Shown piece after piece: positions 42,165 to 55,453 of a DNA stretch of 64,000 bases. Location: assembly GCA_001179505.1 (NCBI GenBank), contig CDMY01000243.1:62001-126000 (forward strand), read 5' to 3'. The number at the start of each line of letters is the position of its first letter. The first letter of the stretch is position 1. This DNA comes from Vitrella brassicaformis CCMP3155 (lineage: Eukaryota; Protista; Chromerida). The notes under the pieces were generated by a model. That model saw only the letters and a list, made by a program, of their open reading frames with translations, searched no databases and had not been told where the DNA came from. Both the position numbers and the translations under genes were made by a program.

Positions 42165-44627
42165 ATGCAATTGCCCAGCTCATTGCAAAGCGACGATTGC
42201 ACCACGGTCTTCCTCTGCGGCGTCAAGGGGAAAAGAAGCATCGGTGAGACGGGAGACTGGCCCACAGCCCCCAGGGCGAGCTCAAATGCTCGGGCAAAGC
42301 CGCATTTTCTCTGTCTTCTTGTTCCACGTCAGCATCGTGGCACCAGCCGGAGTGCCTCCGGCACAGCGCCGACGTCGCCAACGGCAGAATGCGTTGGTAC
42401 CTGCCCGAGATGACCGGCCTAGTGCCCGCCGGGTGCTTCCGGCACAGCGCCGACGTCGTCAACGGCATGCTGGTCGTGTTTGGCGGCTTCGACGGCCGCG
42501 AGAGCATCAGCGAGGTGTGCGTGCTGGACCTGACCGAGATGCGCTGGTTCCGGCCCAGGGTGGACATGAACGGCATCTCGTGGCGCAGCCACTTCATGCA
42601 CACATCCAACGTCATAGGCGACCGCATCTTCGCCATCCGCACCCTCGTGCAGGGCGACACCAGCTGCGTACTGATCCTCGATACGGCCTGCTGGCGGTGG
42701 TACGAGGTCATTGACGACACGTGGCCGTCGCGGCTGCGGCTGTCGTACACGTCGTCGGTGGTGGATGAGCACATCTACGTGTATGGCGGCATGAGTGAGG
42801 ACTGCACGGTCTTCAGCGATGTGGACGTCTTCGATACGCACCTGTGCAAGTGGACCACCCGGCCTGTCAGAGGGCCCAGCCCGCCACCGCGGCACTCCCA
42901 CACGGTGAAGTGGGGGGGAGGGCAGGGGAGGGGACCGAATGAATGAGTAGAATCACACATGCATACAGACAAGCGACTTGCACGTCTGTTGGTTGTATGT
43001 ATTGTCCATCCGAACCGTCCAGGCGACGGTTGTGGATCATCGCATCTACATCATGGGAGGGACGTGCGACCCCGACACGGTGGTTCCCCGCAGCTACCCC
43101 GACGTGTGGTACCTGGACATCCCCACACTCACCTGGCACCAACTCACATGCACTGGTGCGGTCAGATGATGGCAGGATGGCAGGGAGGGAGGCAGGGTGG
43201 TGCAGATGGTCTGACTCCGTCTGTTAGGATCGCCGCCCTCGAACCTGGTGTTTCACAACGCTGTCTGTTTCGATGACAATCAGCTGGCAGTGCTGTGGGG
43301 CCGCACCGGACAGAAGCACAGTAAGCACCCTCCCTACCTTTCACACACACAGACCATATCAGTGGGCACACACGAACATGCCCCTCTCGCGGCCCCTGCC
43401 CCGTGTGTGTCAGTGCGTCTGCATCTGCTCAACGTCCGTTCTGGCGAGTGGATTGAGGTCAAGGTTGACGGCGACAAGCCGTTGCGCCGCATCGGGTGCA
43501 GCTGCACGGTCATCGGGCGGCAGCTGCTGCTGTACGGCGGCTTCACCGAGTTCAGGGGGCGGCAGGCCGTGTGCACGGACCTGCGTGTGCTGGACCTGAC
43601 AGATGATGGGCAAGGCATCCCGTGGATCAGGAACCCTGAGGTCCTGCAGACCGCTCTAGGTCAGTTGGGTAGGTGGCACGGGGGAAGCGACAAATGCATG
43701 TATGTGTCCGTCCATCCATCCATGCAGGTGAGGTTGAAGCAAAGGAGCCTCTCGCTCTCAACGGCAGCGTTCCACCCGTCCCCTCAGCCCCCGACACCCC
43801 CACTCTCCTGCCCCCCTGCCTCACCGACCCCCTCCCGCGTCTCGAGCGCATCTTCCGCGAACTGCAGGACGACGACCTGGGCGCTGCCCTCTTCAATCTC
43901 ACCTGCGGCACACACGGGGCGGCGTCAACACGGTACCGCGATTCCGGCATCAACACGCCAGAGCAGGAGAAGCAGCCGCGCGCACCCCATCTGACAGTGG
44001 CGGCATCTCTGTCGCTGCCGCGGTTGGCGAGTGAGAGTAATGAGGATGGCGAGAGCAGCCAGCCGTCGGCCCAGGGAACGGATTCCAGGCCGCGGGCAGA
44101 CAGTGGGTCGTGTCCCTCGTCGAGCTCGCTGGACGGCCCACAGTCGCTAGAGCCGCCTGTGGCTGCTCCTGCCCCATCCGCCCCATCACTCGTGCCACCA
44201 TCTGCATCATCTGCGATATCGCAGCCCCTGGACCAGTCGCAGCAGCAGCAGCAGCCACGTCGGTCAATGGGGAGTCCTGGCGGTGGTGGTGGTTTATTTG
44301 GTCCGCTGCCGGCAGGTGTGCCTGAGGACTGGTTGGAGGGATGGGACAACGACGATGAGGAGGAACACCTGACCTTCGAGCAGGCACTGCAGGAAGAGCT
44401 GAGGCTGCAGGTACGTAGGTGGGGATGGATGTGGGCAGCGAGGGAGGGAGGGAGGGAGGGACGACAGAGACGGGTAAGTATGTGTGTGTGGATGTTTTGT
44501 TGTGCAATGTGTGGTTGGTTGAATGGTGTCTGTCATGTGATAGGAGGAGGATCGTCGGCGTCAGGAGAAGAAGGCGGCCAAGCGGCAGAAGCAGAAGAAA
44601 CGCAAACAGCAAAAGGACCAGCAGTAG
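42165..44627 (+). CDS. Kelch-repeat protein with low-complexity linker and basic coiled-coil tail
   Basis: FRHSADVVNGMLVVFGGFDG..DLTEMRW; YTSSVVDEHIYVYGG; PRHSHT; HRIYIMGG; LLLYGGF; tail EQALQEELRLQ|EEDRRRQEKKAAKRQKQKKRKQ. Confidence 0.88.
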
Positions 44628-44945
44628 ACGGACAGACAGACGATGGATGGATGCTGGAGTTACTAGTTGGTCAGGGAGGAGCAGGAAGGGGGTGTTTTGT
44701 CTGTGTGTTGATAGGCTGCTTGTCTTGTGTGTGGGGCATGGATGGAGGCTGGGCTGCTTGCATGCAATGATGGGTGGAGGCACACACACATGCAGGGTGC
44801 GGTGTGTGGATCAAACAGCTGTGAACCAACTTTGTCTAGCTGAGTGAAAGAGCGCCATCTTTGGTCCACCTATCTATCTTGGAACGAACGCATGTGACGG
44901 CGCGATGTGCAATGAATTCAATCGCGATCGGTGCTGACATCTTGA

Positions 44946-46480
44946 ATGTTTTTGCGGCTTTTCCTCTTTTCTGTCGCTGCTGGTGTGTCCATCCGTGGTG
45001 GTCATCCCCCTGAGCAACGATTTTCAACCAGATCTCTTGCCTTCACGCTCTCCACACAATTCTCCACACACGGGGCTGGGAGATCACAGCGATACACTGT
45101 CAGCAGCAGCAGCAGCAGCAGAATGGCTCCTCAGCAGCTGCAGCTTGACGCCTCTGACATCGACGGCTTAGCAAAACACCTCGTCGACACTTATCTGCCT
45201 GACCTGCAGCAGGTGCGCTGCAGCTACGGAGAATGAGCAGCTCTGTTTGATGGTGCGCCTGCAATGGCTGGTTTCTCTTTGTGTGATTGTATGTCGTGTG
45301 GTGTTGTATGTATGCAATCCACTGCAATGCATCAATGCAGCAGCTTGGTGACCGTCGGGTCCTCGTTGCTCTTGCTGGGGTGGCAGGTCAGTCAGGTCGG
45401 AAACACACACACGACCAACCATGGGTGACATCCCATTTGCTGTGTGTGATGAATCAATCCGCATGCAGGCTCTGGCAAGTCGACGCTGGCCAAGAGGCTA
45501 GAGGAGCGCATCAACGGTCTGCCGTCCCTCCCCTCCCCCATTTGCAAGGCGGTCGGGATGGATGGGTACCATTACACCCGTCAGCAGCTGGACGCTTTTG
45601 AGGATCCTGTCATGGCGCACAAGAGGCGGGGCGCACACTTCACCTTTGACGCTGAGGCATTCGGGTGCGTTGCGGTCATCAGATGCAATCAATATCAATA
45701 TCAATCTGCCTGCAGGGGTCACATGTGCGTGCGGGCTGTGGGGTGTGTGTGTGTGTGTGTGTGTGCTTGTGTGTTTGACAGATCTCTGCTGCAGAGACTG
45801 CGTGAGAGGCCTCCACGACGCACTCTCGCACCCTCGTTTGACCATGCCGTCAAGGTAAGGTAGGCACGTGGGTGTTGTTGGCGACCTTCATTCATTCCCT
45901 GTGTGTGTGTTATTTGATTCGTTAAAACAGGATCCCGTTGAGGATGGTGTGGTGATCGAAGAGCACCATCGACTCGTCATTGTGGAGGTAGGCTGCGTGA
46001 GGGAGAGATGCAAAGAGGGCTGGCTGTGCACCTGTGGATGTGATGTCGTGTAGGGTCTGTATGTGCTGCTCAATCACCCGCCGTGGAGTCAGTCGGTGGT
46101 GCCCCAGTTCGACTGCCGAATCTTCATCAACTGCCCCATGTCAGCCAGCGCATCAAACAAAACAGATGGCTTCATCTGTGTGTGTGTGTGTCTTACGGCC
46201 ACTTGCAGGGATGTGGCTGAAGAGCGTGTGTGGCGAAGACACGTGGAGAGCGGTATCTGCCGCGATGAACAGGACGCGCGCAAGAGGTGCGTGTGTGTGT
46301 TGTGTAGGCCGGCAGTGAGACAGAAGCGAAGCATGCCTGACGGTGTGTGGTGTGGTGTGGTGTGGATGGGTGGGTGGGTGCAGGTGGCGAGAGTCAGATT
46401 ATGTGAACGCAGAGTTCATCCTGGCGCATTTAGACCCTTCACAAGTTGATGTCCTGCTTGAATCAACGTACAGTCAGTGA
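44946..46480 (+). CDS. Yfh7-like P-loop kinase (phosphoribulokinase/uridine kinase superfamily); alternative start at ATG 45123
   Basis: Spliced RVLVALAGVA|GSGKSTLA; MDGYHYTRQQLDAFEDP..AHKRRGAHFTFDAEAF; APSFDHAVK|DPVED; LVIVE; RRHVESGI; ESDYVNAEFI. Confidence 0.88.
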
Positions 46481-47226
46481 TGTGATTGAGTGGATGCGAG
46501 AGCGTAGCGAGTGCAGGTGAGTGAGTGAGTTGTGCCGTCCAGTCTGACCGGTCCAGTCGAGTTAGTGGGCTGATCGATATATGACTTGACCAGCACTAGT
46601 GTACATCCCAGGACACACATACGGTGGGCCGGGGGGGCGGGGGGGCGTCGTGCATTGGGGGGGCGGGGGGTGGGTGCAGTCACACCACAATCAACTCAAC
46701 TAGAAAACGGAGATCCCCACGCACACACACAGCAGCAGCTAGCAGGTAGGCAGGCAGACAGAGAGACAGACAGACAGACAGACAGTGTCCGCGCCGTCCG
46801 CCCCCTACTAGTTAGGGCCACTGTGCAAGTTTACTGTTTGTTGATTGAGACGCACACATAGCATAGCAAGCACAGCGACGGTAGGTGTTCAAACGCAACA
46901 CGCGAGCATCATCACTGCTCGACTCGACGGACAGACAGACAGACGGACGAACAAGCCAGGAATGAAGGAACGACGAGTAGGAGGCCAGAGCACCCAACCC
47001 ATTATCCATCGCCCACACACTCATCACCACACATACAGGTGGGTCCGGCCCCACACACATTGAGCAAAAACGCCACGCCCATCCCCTGACCTCCTGCCGG
47101 CGTGTCTGTCTGTCTGTCTGTCTGTCTGTCCGCCCCCGTAGCACCCACTAGCACCAGCACCGACGAGCAAAGGCAACAACTTGGACACAGGAGAGGACAT
47201 GGTGGCGCGGTGTGTTGTGCTGTGTG

Positions 47227-47870
47227 TCAGGCAATGAGAGGCGTCGAGTGAGACGTGTGCTTGAGGTTTGCCATCCCTATCAGCTCGCGGCTGACACACA
47301 GAGACACACAGCCACACGCAGGGATGGCGCGTGGGGCGTGGCGTGCCTTGTTGTTGGCTGGCTGGCTGCTTACTTACCGTGATGGCTCCGCTTCGACGGC
47401 CTTGTCCAAGAACTTTGCTACGGCCTTGAGCCGCTCATCTGCCGTCTTGATCTTGGCACGATCCCTGCAACGCACGACACACCACAGACAGAGGAGGTTT
47501 GCAATGTGTCAATGCATTGAGACCGTCAGACAGCAGGCAGGCAGGCAGGCAGTGTGTGTGAGCGGCCCGTACATTTCGTTGCCATTAGGGCCGTCGACGA
47601 GCATGGTCTCAGAAATGGACCACTCGCTCGCCGCCGTGACGGCAGCCAGGAACTCCTCGTAGTCTGATGAATGAATGACAGACAAAACACCGCCCCAGCC
47701 ACCCATACAGACAGAAGTAGGAGACACAGGGGCTGTTTGGCCTGGCCGGCTGACCGACCGATGGTTCCGTTTCCGTCGATGTCGGCCATTTTGACGATCT
47801 CCTCGACGGCCGCCCCGTCGTAGTTGTCACCCAACACACCCTTCAGGTTCTCAACGCTTATCACACTGTC

Positions 47871-47902
<32 letters not shown>

Positions 47903-49126
47903 CAGAGATATATAAAAGACGCGGGTGTTGGTCTCGTGTCTGCACGCACGCACGTACGTCCCTACCCGCTGTTGTCGATGTCGAATCGCTCGAACGCTCG
48001 GCGGATGAGGTCCTCGTGCAGACGGATGCGGGTCGACAACATGGCCGCCAGGAAATCTACACGCAGACACAGACAAAGACGCAAATATGGGGGAGGGGGG
48101 TGATGGGATTGTGGTCAGTGCGGATTGCGGACTGGCCCACCTGTGTAGTAGACTTGTTCGTCCTTGTTGTGGTCCAACACGCTGAAGATCTTCTCAATCT
48201 GACGAACAATCGCACAGACCAGCACAGACATGCAGGCGGACACGGTTCTGACAATGGCCCACCAACCTCGCGTCATGCCGTGCCTGTCGCCCTGGCTACC
48301 CACCTCGTCGTTGGATATCTCCATGTGGTCCTGCATGACGGCCGTGAGCTCCTCCAGCCGAATGGTGCCCTCGCGGCTCTTGTCAATCGCCTTGAACAAC
48401 TCACGCATCCCTGCACGACATAACGACATCACACACAGCAAACAAACAACCAAGCACCACTCCTTGTCTCCTTCCTATGCATGGTGTTGCGCTTGCTGTG
48501 TGTGGCGTGGCGTGCCTTGCCTTCGATCTCCTCTGATGTGAGGGAGTAGGCCATCATGGTCAGTGCCGCCCGCTTCAGGTGACTGGACTGCGCGTACGAC
48601 TTGAGGCTGACCAGACACACACACACACACATACACACACACACAGGTGTCGAAGACTCCCCGCCTCTCACATTGCCTACATACCCTTCGAGAGCATCGT
48701 GCTCGATCTTGACTTCAGGCGCCTTGACGCGCTCCGTGATCCACACGTGGTCCAGGGCCTCCTTGGCGGTCATCCGCTTGCTGAACGAGGCACAAACAGA
48801 CACACAGACAGACATACAGGCGTGCAGACAAGGGCCTCCTATGCTGTTGTGGGTGGCTTCGTTTACTTGGGGTCGACTTCGAGCAGTCTTCTGACGAAGT
48901 CTTTGGCGTTTCTGGACACCTTTGGCCACCGTGGCCCCGTCAGGCTGTACTTGCCCGCTGCGATCTTGTCCAAGATCTCATTCTCACTACCTGTGGACAC
49001 ACATGCAGCACGAGAGAGAGAGATGCCATTCACTCGGTGTGTAAACGGTCCCCTCCCTCCCTCCCTCCCTCACCGTAGAATGGTGGGTAGCCGACAAGGA
49101 GCATGTAAACTGAGAAACGGAGGACG

Positions 49127-49158
<32 letters not shown>

Positions 49159-50702
49159 GCAGGCAAACACAGAAAGCATGCCATCCCATTATGGCAGCGT
49201 GGCATTGTCTGTCTGTCGGCCGTGGGTGGCCGCAGCTAGCTCACCGATGACGCCCAGCGACCACATGTCACAAGCATTCGTGTAGGAGCCCGACAGCGTA
49301 TCTGATTCGATTCATCCACGCCCAGCCCACATACACCACGTAGGAACGGATTGACGGATGGGTTGACGTGACGGCCAGACACTCAGTCGCTGCCTGGCTG
49401 ACCGACCAGGGCTGACGTAGGCGAGTGATCCGCAGGTGGCGTGCATCTTTCTGTTGTGTCGCGGGTTCCATATCTTGCTGAAGCCGAAGTCAATCAGCTT
49501 CAGGTAGGCGTCGTCCGCCTCGCTCTCGTACAGCCAATTCTCCAACTTCAAATCCCTGCAATCCAATCAACCCGCACTCGGCAAATGCCATGATGGCTGG
49601 CGTGGGTAGGTGCGGTGTGGCCGTCGGTCGGCCTATTTGCCTGTGGACGATGGAGTGGCTGTGGAGGTAGTAGATGGCGTCCAGCATCTGTTTGGTGACT
49701 TCGGCTGCGTCTTGCTCCTTGTACATTTGCTTCTCGCAGAGCCTGTGGTAGAGCTCCTTGCCCGAGCAGTACTCCATCACCATGAACACGTGCTGCTCGT
49801 CCTCGTAGATCTCGATCAACCTGACAGACAGACAGATTGACACACACAACACACAACACACGACACCAGCCAGCCCGTCTGCCTGTCTGTCCACTGTGCC
49901 TGCCTGCCTGCCTGCCTGTCTGACTGCCTACCTGGCAATGTTTGGGTGGTCGAGCTGCAAATAAATCTCTGCCTCGTTGCGAAGAAGCTCTATCTGCACA
50001 CACACACACACACGCAGGCAGACAAGTATGGACACCGAGGCATCAGACAGACAAACAACAAGGCACGCTTACCCGTTCCCGCTTGGCACCCTTCTTGTTG
50101 AAAGGCCTGGACACAACACATCCATCCATCCATCCATCCAGTTAGTTCTTCTTGACGCCTCCAGGCTTGCTTGACGGCGTATTGTCTGCCGGTGAGTTTG
50201 TTTTTGGCGAGCTTGACGGGCCCCGAGAAGCCCGTACCCAGCACCTTCTGCTCGAAGTCATAGTCCTCGCGAATGTCCTTACGGCGAATGCGGCTCGCCT
50301 TCTGCAGCACAGCACAGCACAGCACAGCACACACGCATGAACGATGGTTAGATAGATAGGTAGATCAGTCAGTCAGTCAGTCGGACAAGCAAGACAGTCA
50401 CGGCACAATCACAACAGGCAAGGCAACGCGGTGAACAAGTGAGTGAAGTGAAAGGGAATCAAATCAATGAGTGGGCTCCCATCCGCTTATCTGTCTGCTT
50501 GTTGGTTGCGTGTGACTGACTGACTGACTGTCTGACTGTCTGTGTGTCTGTTTGACTGTCTGACCTGTAGTGTGGGTTCTCTCTTGATGAGTCCGGACAG
50601 CCTCATGTCCTCCTGCGGTGTTTTGCGCAACTTGTTCTGTGGCGTCTTGTTCTTGGCTGGCTGGCCCTGGGAGTCCTTGCCCGCAGTGCACCGGTTGCCC
50701 AT
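47227..50702 (-). CDS. CDPK: Calcium-dependent protein kinase (kinase, junction, 4 EF-hand positions) with an N-terminal MGNRC acylation motif
   Basis: VLGTGFSGPV, YAVK, NEAEIYLQLDHPNIAR, HR|DLKLENWL, DFGFSK, CGSLAYVSP|DTL, CDMWSLGVI; junction LKRAALTMMAYSL; EF loops DKSREGTIRLEE, DHNKDEQVYYTD, DIDNSGVISVEN, DIDGNGTIDYEE. Confidence 0.95.
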
Positions 50703-50886
50703 GTCAGCCTCAACTGCACGCCCACACAAAGGCGCCCATCAACCACTCGCAATGCCGCTCACACCACGCCCACGACGTGTCTTTCTGCTGTCGTTCTCAT
50801 CTTAGCTCGCACAAGCTCGCCAAAGGCTGAGGGAAAAGGCAAAAGAGAAAGGGCGGCTGGCTGCGTATAGGTGAGTGTTGGTCGGC

Positions 50887-51346
50887 ATGGCAGCACAAGG
50901 GGCGTCATTGCAGAACTACAACAATGAGTTGGTCAAGTGCATTGAGGACCTGCGCGAGAAGCGGGAGCAGGTCAACGCACAAATCATGAAGGAGGAGGAG
51001 GAGAAGCAGAAGATACAAAAGGAAGTGGCCCTGCTCACAGACAGGCTCAACAAAATCAACGGTATGTACAAGTTGATAAAACACGCAAGAGCCCAGACGG
51101 GGGGCGGATGGTGTGTGTGCCATGTGCATCTCATTTCCTTTGCTGCGTGCAGAGGGTTTGGTGAGGAAGACGCAGGCGCGGAATGAGTATGACAAGACCA
51201 TCCAGGAGACCGAAGCAGCTTACATGAAGGTAAGGTGCCCACAGACGGACCACCTGGCAGCCAAACACCAAATCATCCCCAATGTGCCTTTGCACGTGTG
51301 TGTACGTGTGGCTTCTCTCTGTGTGCGCGTGTTCCCTCCCTCTGTC

Positions 51347-51378
<32 letters not shown>

Positions 51379-51468
51379 CAGATCTTGGAGTCGTCGCAGA
51401 CGCTGCTGCACGTGTTGAAGCGTGAGACGGTCAACCTGACCAAGAAGAAACACACCACCGAGGGATAG
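50887..51468 (+). CDS. SSNA1: SSNA1/DIP13/NA14 centriolar-ciliary coiled-coil protein (3 exons)
   Basis: [27 protein letters not shown]..|[26 protein letters not shown]|[15 protein letters not shown] is near-canonical. Confidence 0.97.
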
Positions 51469-51986
51469 ATAGATCACAGACAGACGGACATATAGACAGG
51501 TGGAGGAATGGAGGAATTGAATGGATGGATGCGGCACGGACGGAGGAACAGACGGAAGGAGGGACGATAGCGTGTGTGTATAGACCTGAGGGATCAATGG
51601 ACACGGGAGGGAGGCTGCATGTACAGACAGACAGACGGACAGGCAACAGAGAGCGTGATATGTGTGTGGGTGGCTGGGCGGCTGCTGGGGGTGGGTGTGA
51701 GAGATACAACCAACGGTCCGTGGGTGCGTGTGTCAGTGCTGCGTGTATCTGTGTATGTGTGTATGTGTGAACGTTTGTGGGTCCGTCCATCCATCCATCA
51801 ATACATGTGAATTAACCAATCATTGGTCCTTGACGTGACGTACACTAACAAACCCCAAACAGGCAGGACAGAAAGCCACATCGATCAGCAAACCTATGTA
51901 TGTATCCATCACCCCACCCACACCAACCGACACGCCCACCACCCCACGCCCATACATCCCCCCCCTCCCCCCCCGGGAACCCAACC

Positions 51987-53594
51987 TCACTGGGCGTCTT
52001 CACTCTTGGACTCTTGTCTCGACTCACTGGCCCCAGACACCGACCACCCCTCCACCTCATCCGACCTCCGCAGCTCACGCAGCACCGCCGCCCGCCGCGC
52101 AGCCCCAGTCTTCAGCTCGTATAGCTCGTCTCGCTTGTAGTGCTGTATGGCGAGTTTCCGTCTGTTGAGGATGGTGCTGATGGGTTGGAGGTCGGGAGGG
52201 GGCGTGGCGTTGGGGATGAGCTCGATGGACTCGGTCGCCCCCGTCATGTGCACAATGGCGTACATCAGGCTGCATGGCATTGCACAAGAGGGAGGGAGGG
52301 TGGGTGGGTGGGCGGGCGGGTCGGGTGTGGTCCTTTGTTTGTTCGCCTGTTCTGTTCTGAGTCACTCACTCACTCTTTGGATTGGAGTTTGGTGTGGACG
52401 TGTCTGTATGGCTGGCCGTTGAGGAGAACCCACAGCTCTCCCGCTGTCGTCATCAGCACACCGATGGTCGTCCCCACCTGCAAATACCCGTCCATCCATC
52501 CATCCATCCATTCATCCTTGGCCCTCCGCAATGCGGAGGGCTTACTGTGAACAGGCTGGCGTCCCACTCGACCGTGTCCCACTTCTTGTGGAAGACGTGG
52601 CCGTCATACCCTGACATACACCAACACCACAGACAGACAGACGGACGGACCACCGATGTCAAGGAGACATGTACCGGACTGACTGCACGGGTTGGCTGAC
52701 CCATGACAGCGCACTGAGGGATGTCCTCGACGTGCAGCAGCTTTGAGTGCGGGATCTTTAGGGGCGGCACCGACGTCATGCCCACACCAAGGCTGCCCGC
52801 ACCACGGTCCTTCGCGCCCTCTACCCGCATACAGAGACAGACAGACAGAGAACGAGACACGAACCAAATGCAAAACAAACGTGTGGGTCTTTCTTCCCCC
52901 GCCCACCTGCCAGTATTTTGAGTTGGAAGTAGTGTCCCTGCGGCGTGACGGTCGCCGGCCCGTCGCCGAACAGAAGGATCCCCACATCACTAACGTGCTA
53001 CACAGACAAGAAGCGCATCCATCCACACCAAAGACAGACACCGGCTGGTCTGATGGCGGCTGCGGTGGATGGGATGGCTGACGTCCATACCATGGCCTTA
53101 AGTGTAGCAATTCTGTGGTGGTTCCTAAATCGGCAGCCGGTGTCTCTGGGCACGTCGGGCAGCGCCCAGAGGCTCTTCATCGTGGCCTTTGGGATGTTGG
53201 GGGGGCCGTCTGGCGGGAAGTAGGTGGCCATGAAGGCTGATATCTGGTGGAGGTACTCGATGTCCGCGGAGAAGCGGCGGTTGGACGCCAACAGGTCTGC
53301 CACACACACACACAGATGGACAATGGCCGGGTAAGTGGACGGACTGATGGATGGATGGATGGGTGTGTGGCGGCCTTGAGGCACCCACCTTTGATGAGGG
53401 TGCGGAGTTGGCTGTTGTTCTCCTCCAGCTCTGCAAAATGGAGACAGACAGGCCGAAGGGTCCTTTGTGCCCGCCCTGGACCCACCTACCCACCTACCCA
53501 CCTACCCACCTACCCACCCACCGTTGATCCATCTCTGCCCCTCTTCTGGCATTTCCCGCTGGGCGATCTTGACGCACAGGTTCTTCTTGTGCAT
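51987..53594 (-). CDS. Protein with a Neuralized (NHR)/SPRY-like beta-sandwich domain; probably the 3' part of a longer gene (see findings)
   Basis: GHYFQLKI..GSLGVGMT..GYDG..VGTTIGVLMTTAGELWVLLNG..MYAIVHMTGATESIELIP, preceded by short coiled-coil exons (ELEENNSQLRTLIK). The 3' end is uncertain. Confidence 0.55.
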
Positions 53595-53650
53595 CTCTGT
53601 TCTTTGCCAGACAGACAGACAGACAGACAGCACACCCATCCATCCCCACA

Positions 53651-54236
53651 CTAGCTGGTGAAGAGCACAAGAGCGCCTCGCCTCTTTCTAGTGTGAGCTC
53701 GCCGACCGATGTGTGCCGCCTGTAGTGACTCGAGTCGTCGGCGCTTCACTATCTGCAGCCGATGGCCCTCAATGAATCCTGCAGGCGCAAGTGAGAGGGA
53801 GGGAGCAGCATGGCGTCATGCATTAATGACCCAGACAGCTGCCTTGCTGAGCTGACTCACTCCCTTTCTCGGCCTCGAGCAGCCCGACCTTCTGCGCCGT
53901 GTCTGACCAGCAAGAGACAGACAGGGAGAGGAGAAATCACACGGGTGGGGTGCTTGCCTTGCGGTGTGTGTGGTCTCATGATTAGACTGACTGACCTTCA
54001 GACTTGCGCTTTGCCCATTGCACCAGATGCATCGCGTCTGGAGGCGGAGGGCGGATGGATGGATGGATGGATGGAAGGATACGGACACACCCATACATAG
54101 GAACAGAGGAGACACGACATTGGCCCTGCCTGCGTGTCTGCTCTCGTGTCTCTCATGGCTGGATCTTAGCTGACCTGACCTGACCTCTTTCAAGGATGGC
54201 CGTCTCACGGATCTCTTCCTTAAGTTCTGAATGATA

Positions 54237-54287
<51 letters not shown>

Positions 54288-55453
54288 GCATAAGAACACC
54301 GATCGGCGTCTCGACCAGCCCTCCTCCGCCTGTCTCACTTGCCTTCGTCTTCCCGCTGCAACTGTTCCACCAGCTGCTCGCGCGCCGCCGCCCACCTCAG
54401 CACATAGTAGGGCCCCTCCACACTCATCAGGTACCGCACCGCATCCACCATGGGCACCTCCGACCCTTCCTCAAAGAAGGTGCCCCACTCGCGGAAGTGG
54501 ATGTCGATGCGGCTTGGCGAATGGTGGTCTGGAGACACGTCTTCCCAGGCCTGGTGCTGCTCGTCTGGAGCGTCCATTTCGCCTGTGGTGGTCTTTGTCT
54601 TCTTGGTGATGTGTTGGCGTATGCGGTCGTCGAGTGGGACGAGCTCGACGCTGTTGTTCTGGGTGAGACGCCGCAGCAGCAGACGCATCAGGTCCTCTTG
54701 CAGAAGGGCATCCCTGCAACGCCACCGCCAGCAACGGCAACGCCCACATTTGCCCGTGTCTCCAGTGTGGTCTGGGCATCTGCAAGTGACTGACCTTTCC
54801 GCCTCCCCTCCAGTGAATGTGAGCTGGTTGAGGTCAATCCTCTCCGGAGGGCACACGTCCGCCACCGCCACGTGGTCGTCGTGCATGGCGTCACCTTGAG
54901 CATTGCCACCATCCGTCTCACTCTGAAGAACGATCAACGCATTGATTGCCGCATCAACACAAATGTACTTATGCACCTGTTCGTCGTCCTCAGTGTCTCC
55001 CGGGACAACAGGGAACATCCTCGACGCAATGTCAAAGGGGCCGCTCTCCTTCTTGACGGGCCTGCTCGCGTCTACCAGACGATAAAGCGGCGGGAGGCTG
55101 TCGGCGTCATACCCAGGTGGTCCCGTGAAGATGAGCTTCCACTCGGGCTCAGCGGCTGCCTCAGAGTCTGTCGGCAACGGCCGGTCCGCCGCCCTCCGAG
55201 AGGCACGTTTGAGTGCCCTCGCCAGCAGGATGTTGGGGTGCCGGTGGTCTTTGGCTAGATCTTCCCACAGCCTCTTCTCCTCCACCATGAGCTCACCGAT
55301 GACGGCCTTCCTGCTGCCGAGCACCTGCAGGGCGCCTTTGAACGACTTGGCGGAGTCGATTTCCAGAGACAGTGAGCGCTGCCTCTTGACTTTCCGCGGT
55401 AGGGCTTCGTCCTTCCTGCCTGCCTCCTCCTCTCGTTTGAACGTGTTGCCCAT
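53651..55453 (-). CDS. Uncharacterised protein starting MGNTF (possible myristoylation), followed by short coiled-coil exons; may continue into the NHR-like gene
   Basis: 372-codon ORF with one internal intron-like segment, then phase-1 exons ELKEEIRETAILER|DAMHLVQWAKRKSE|DTAQKVGLLEAEKG|RFIEGHRLQ. Confidence 0.6.
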
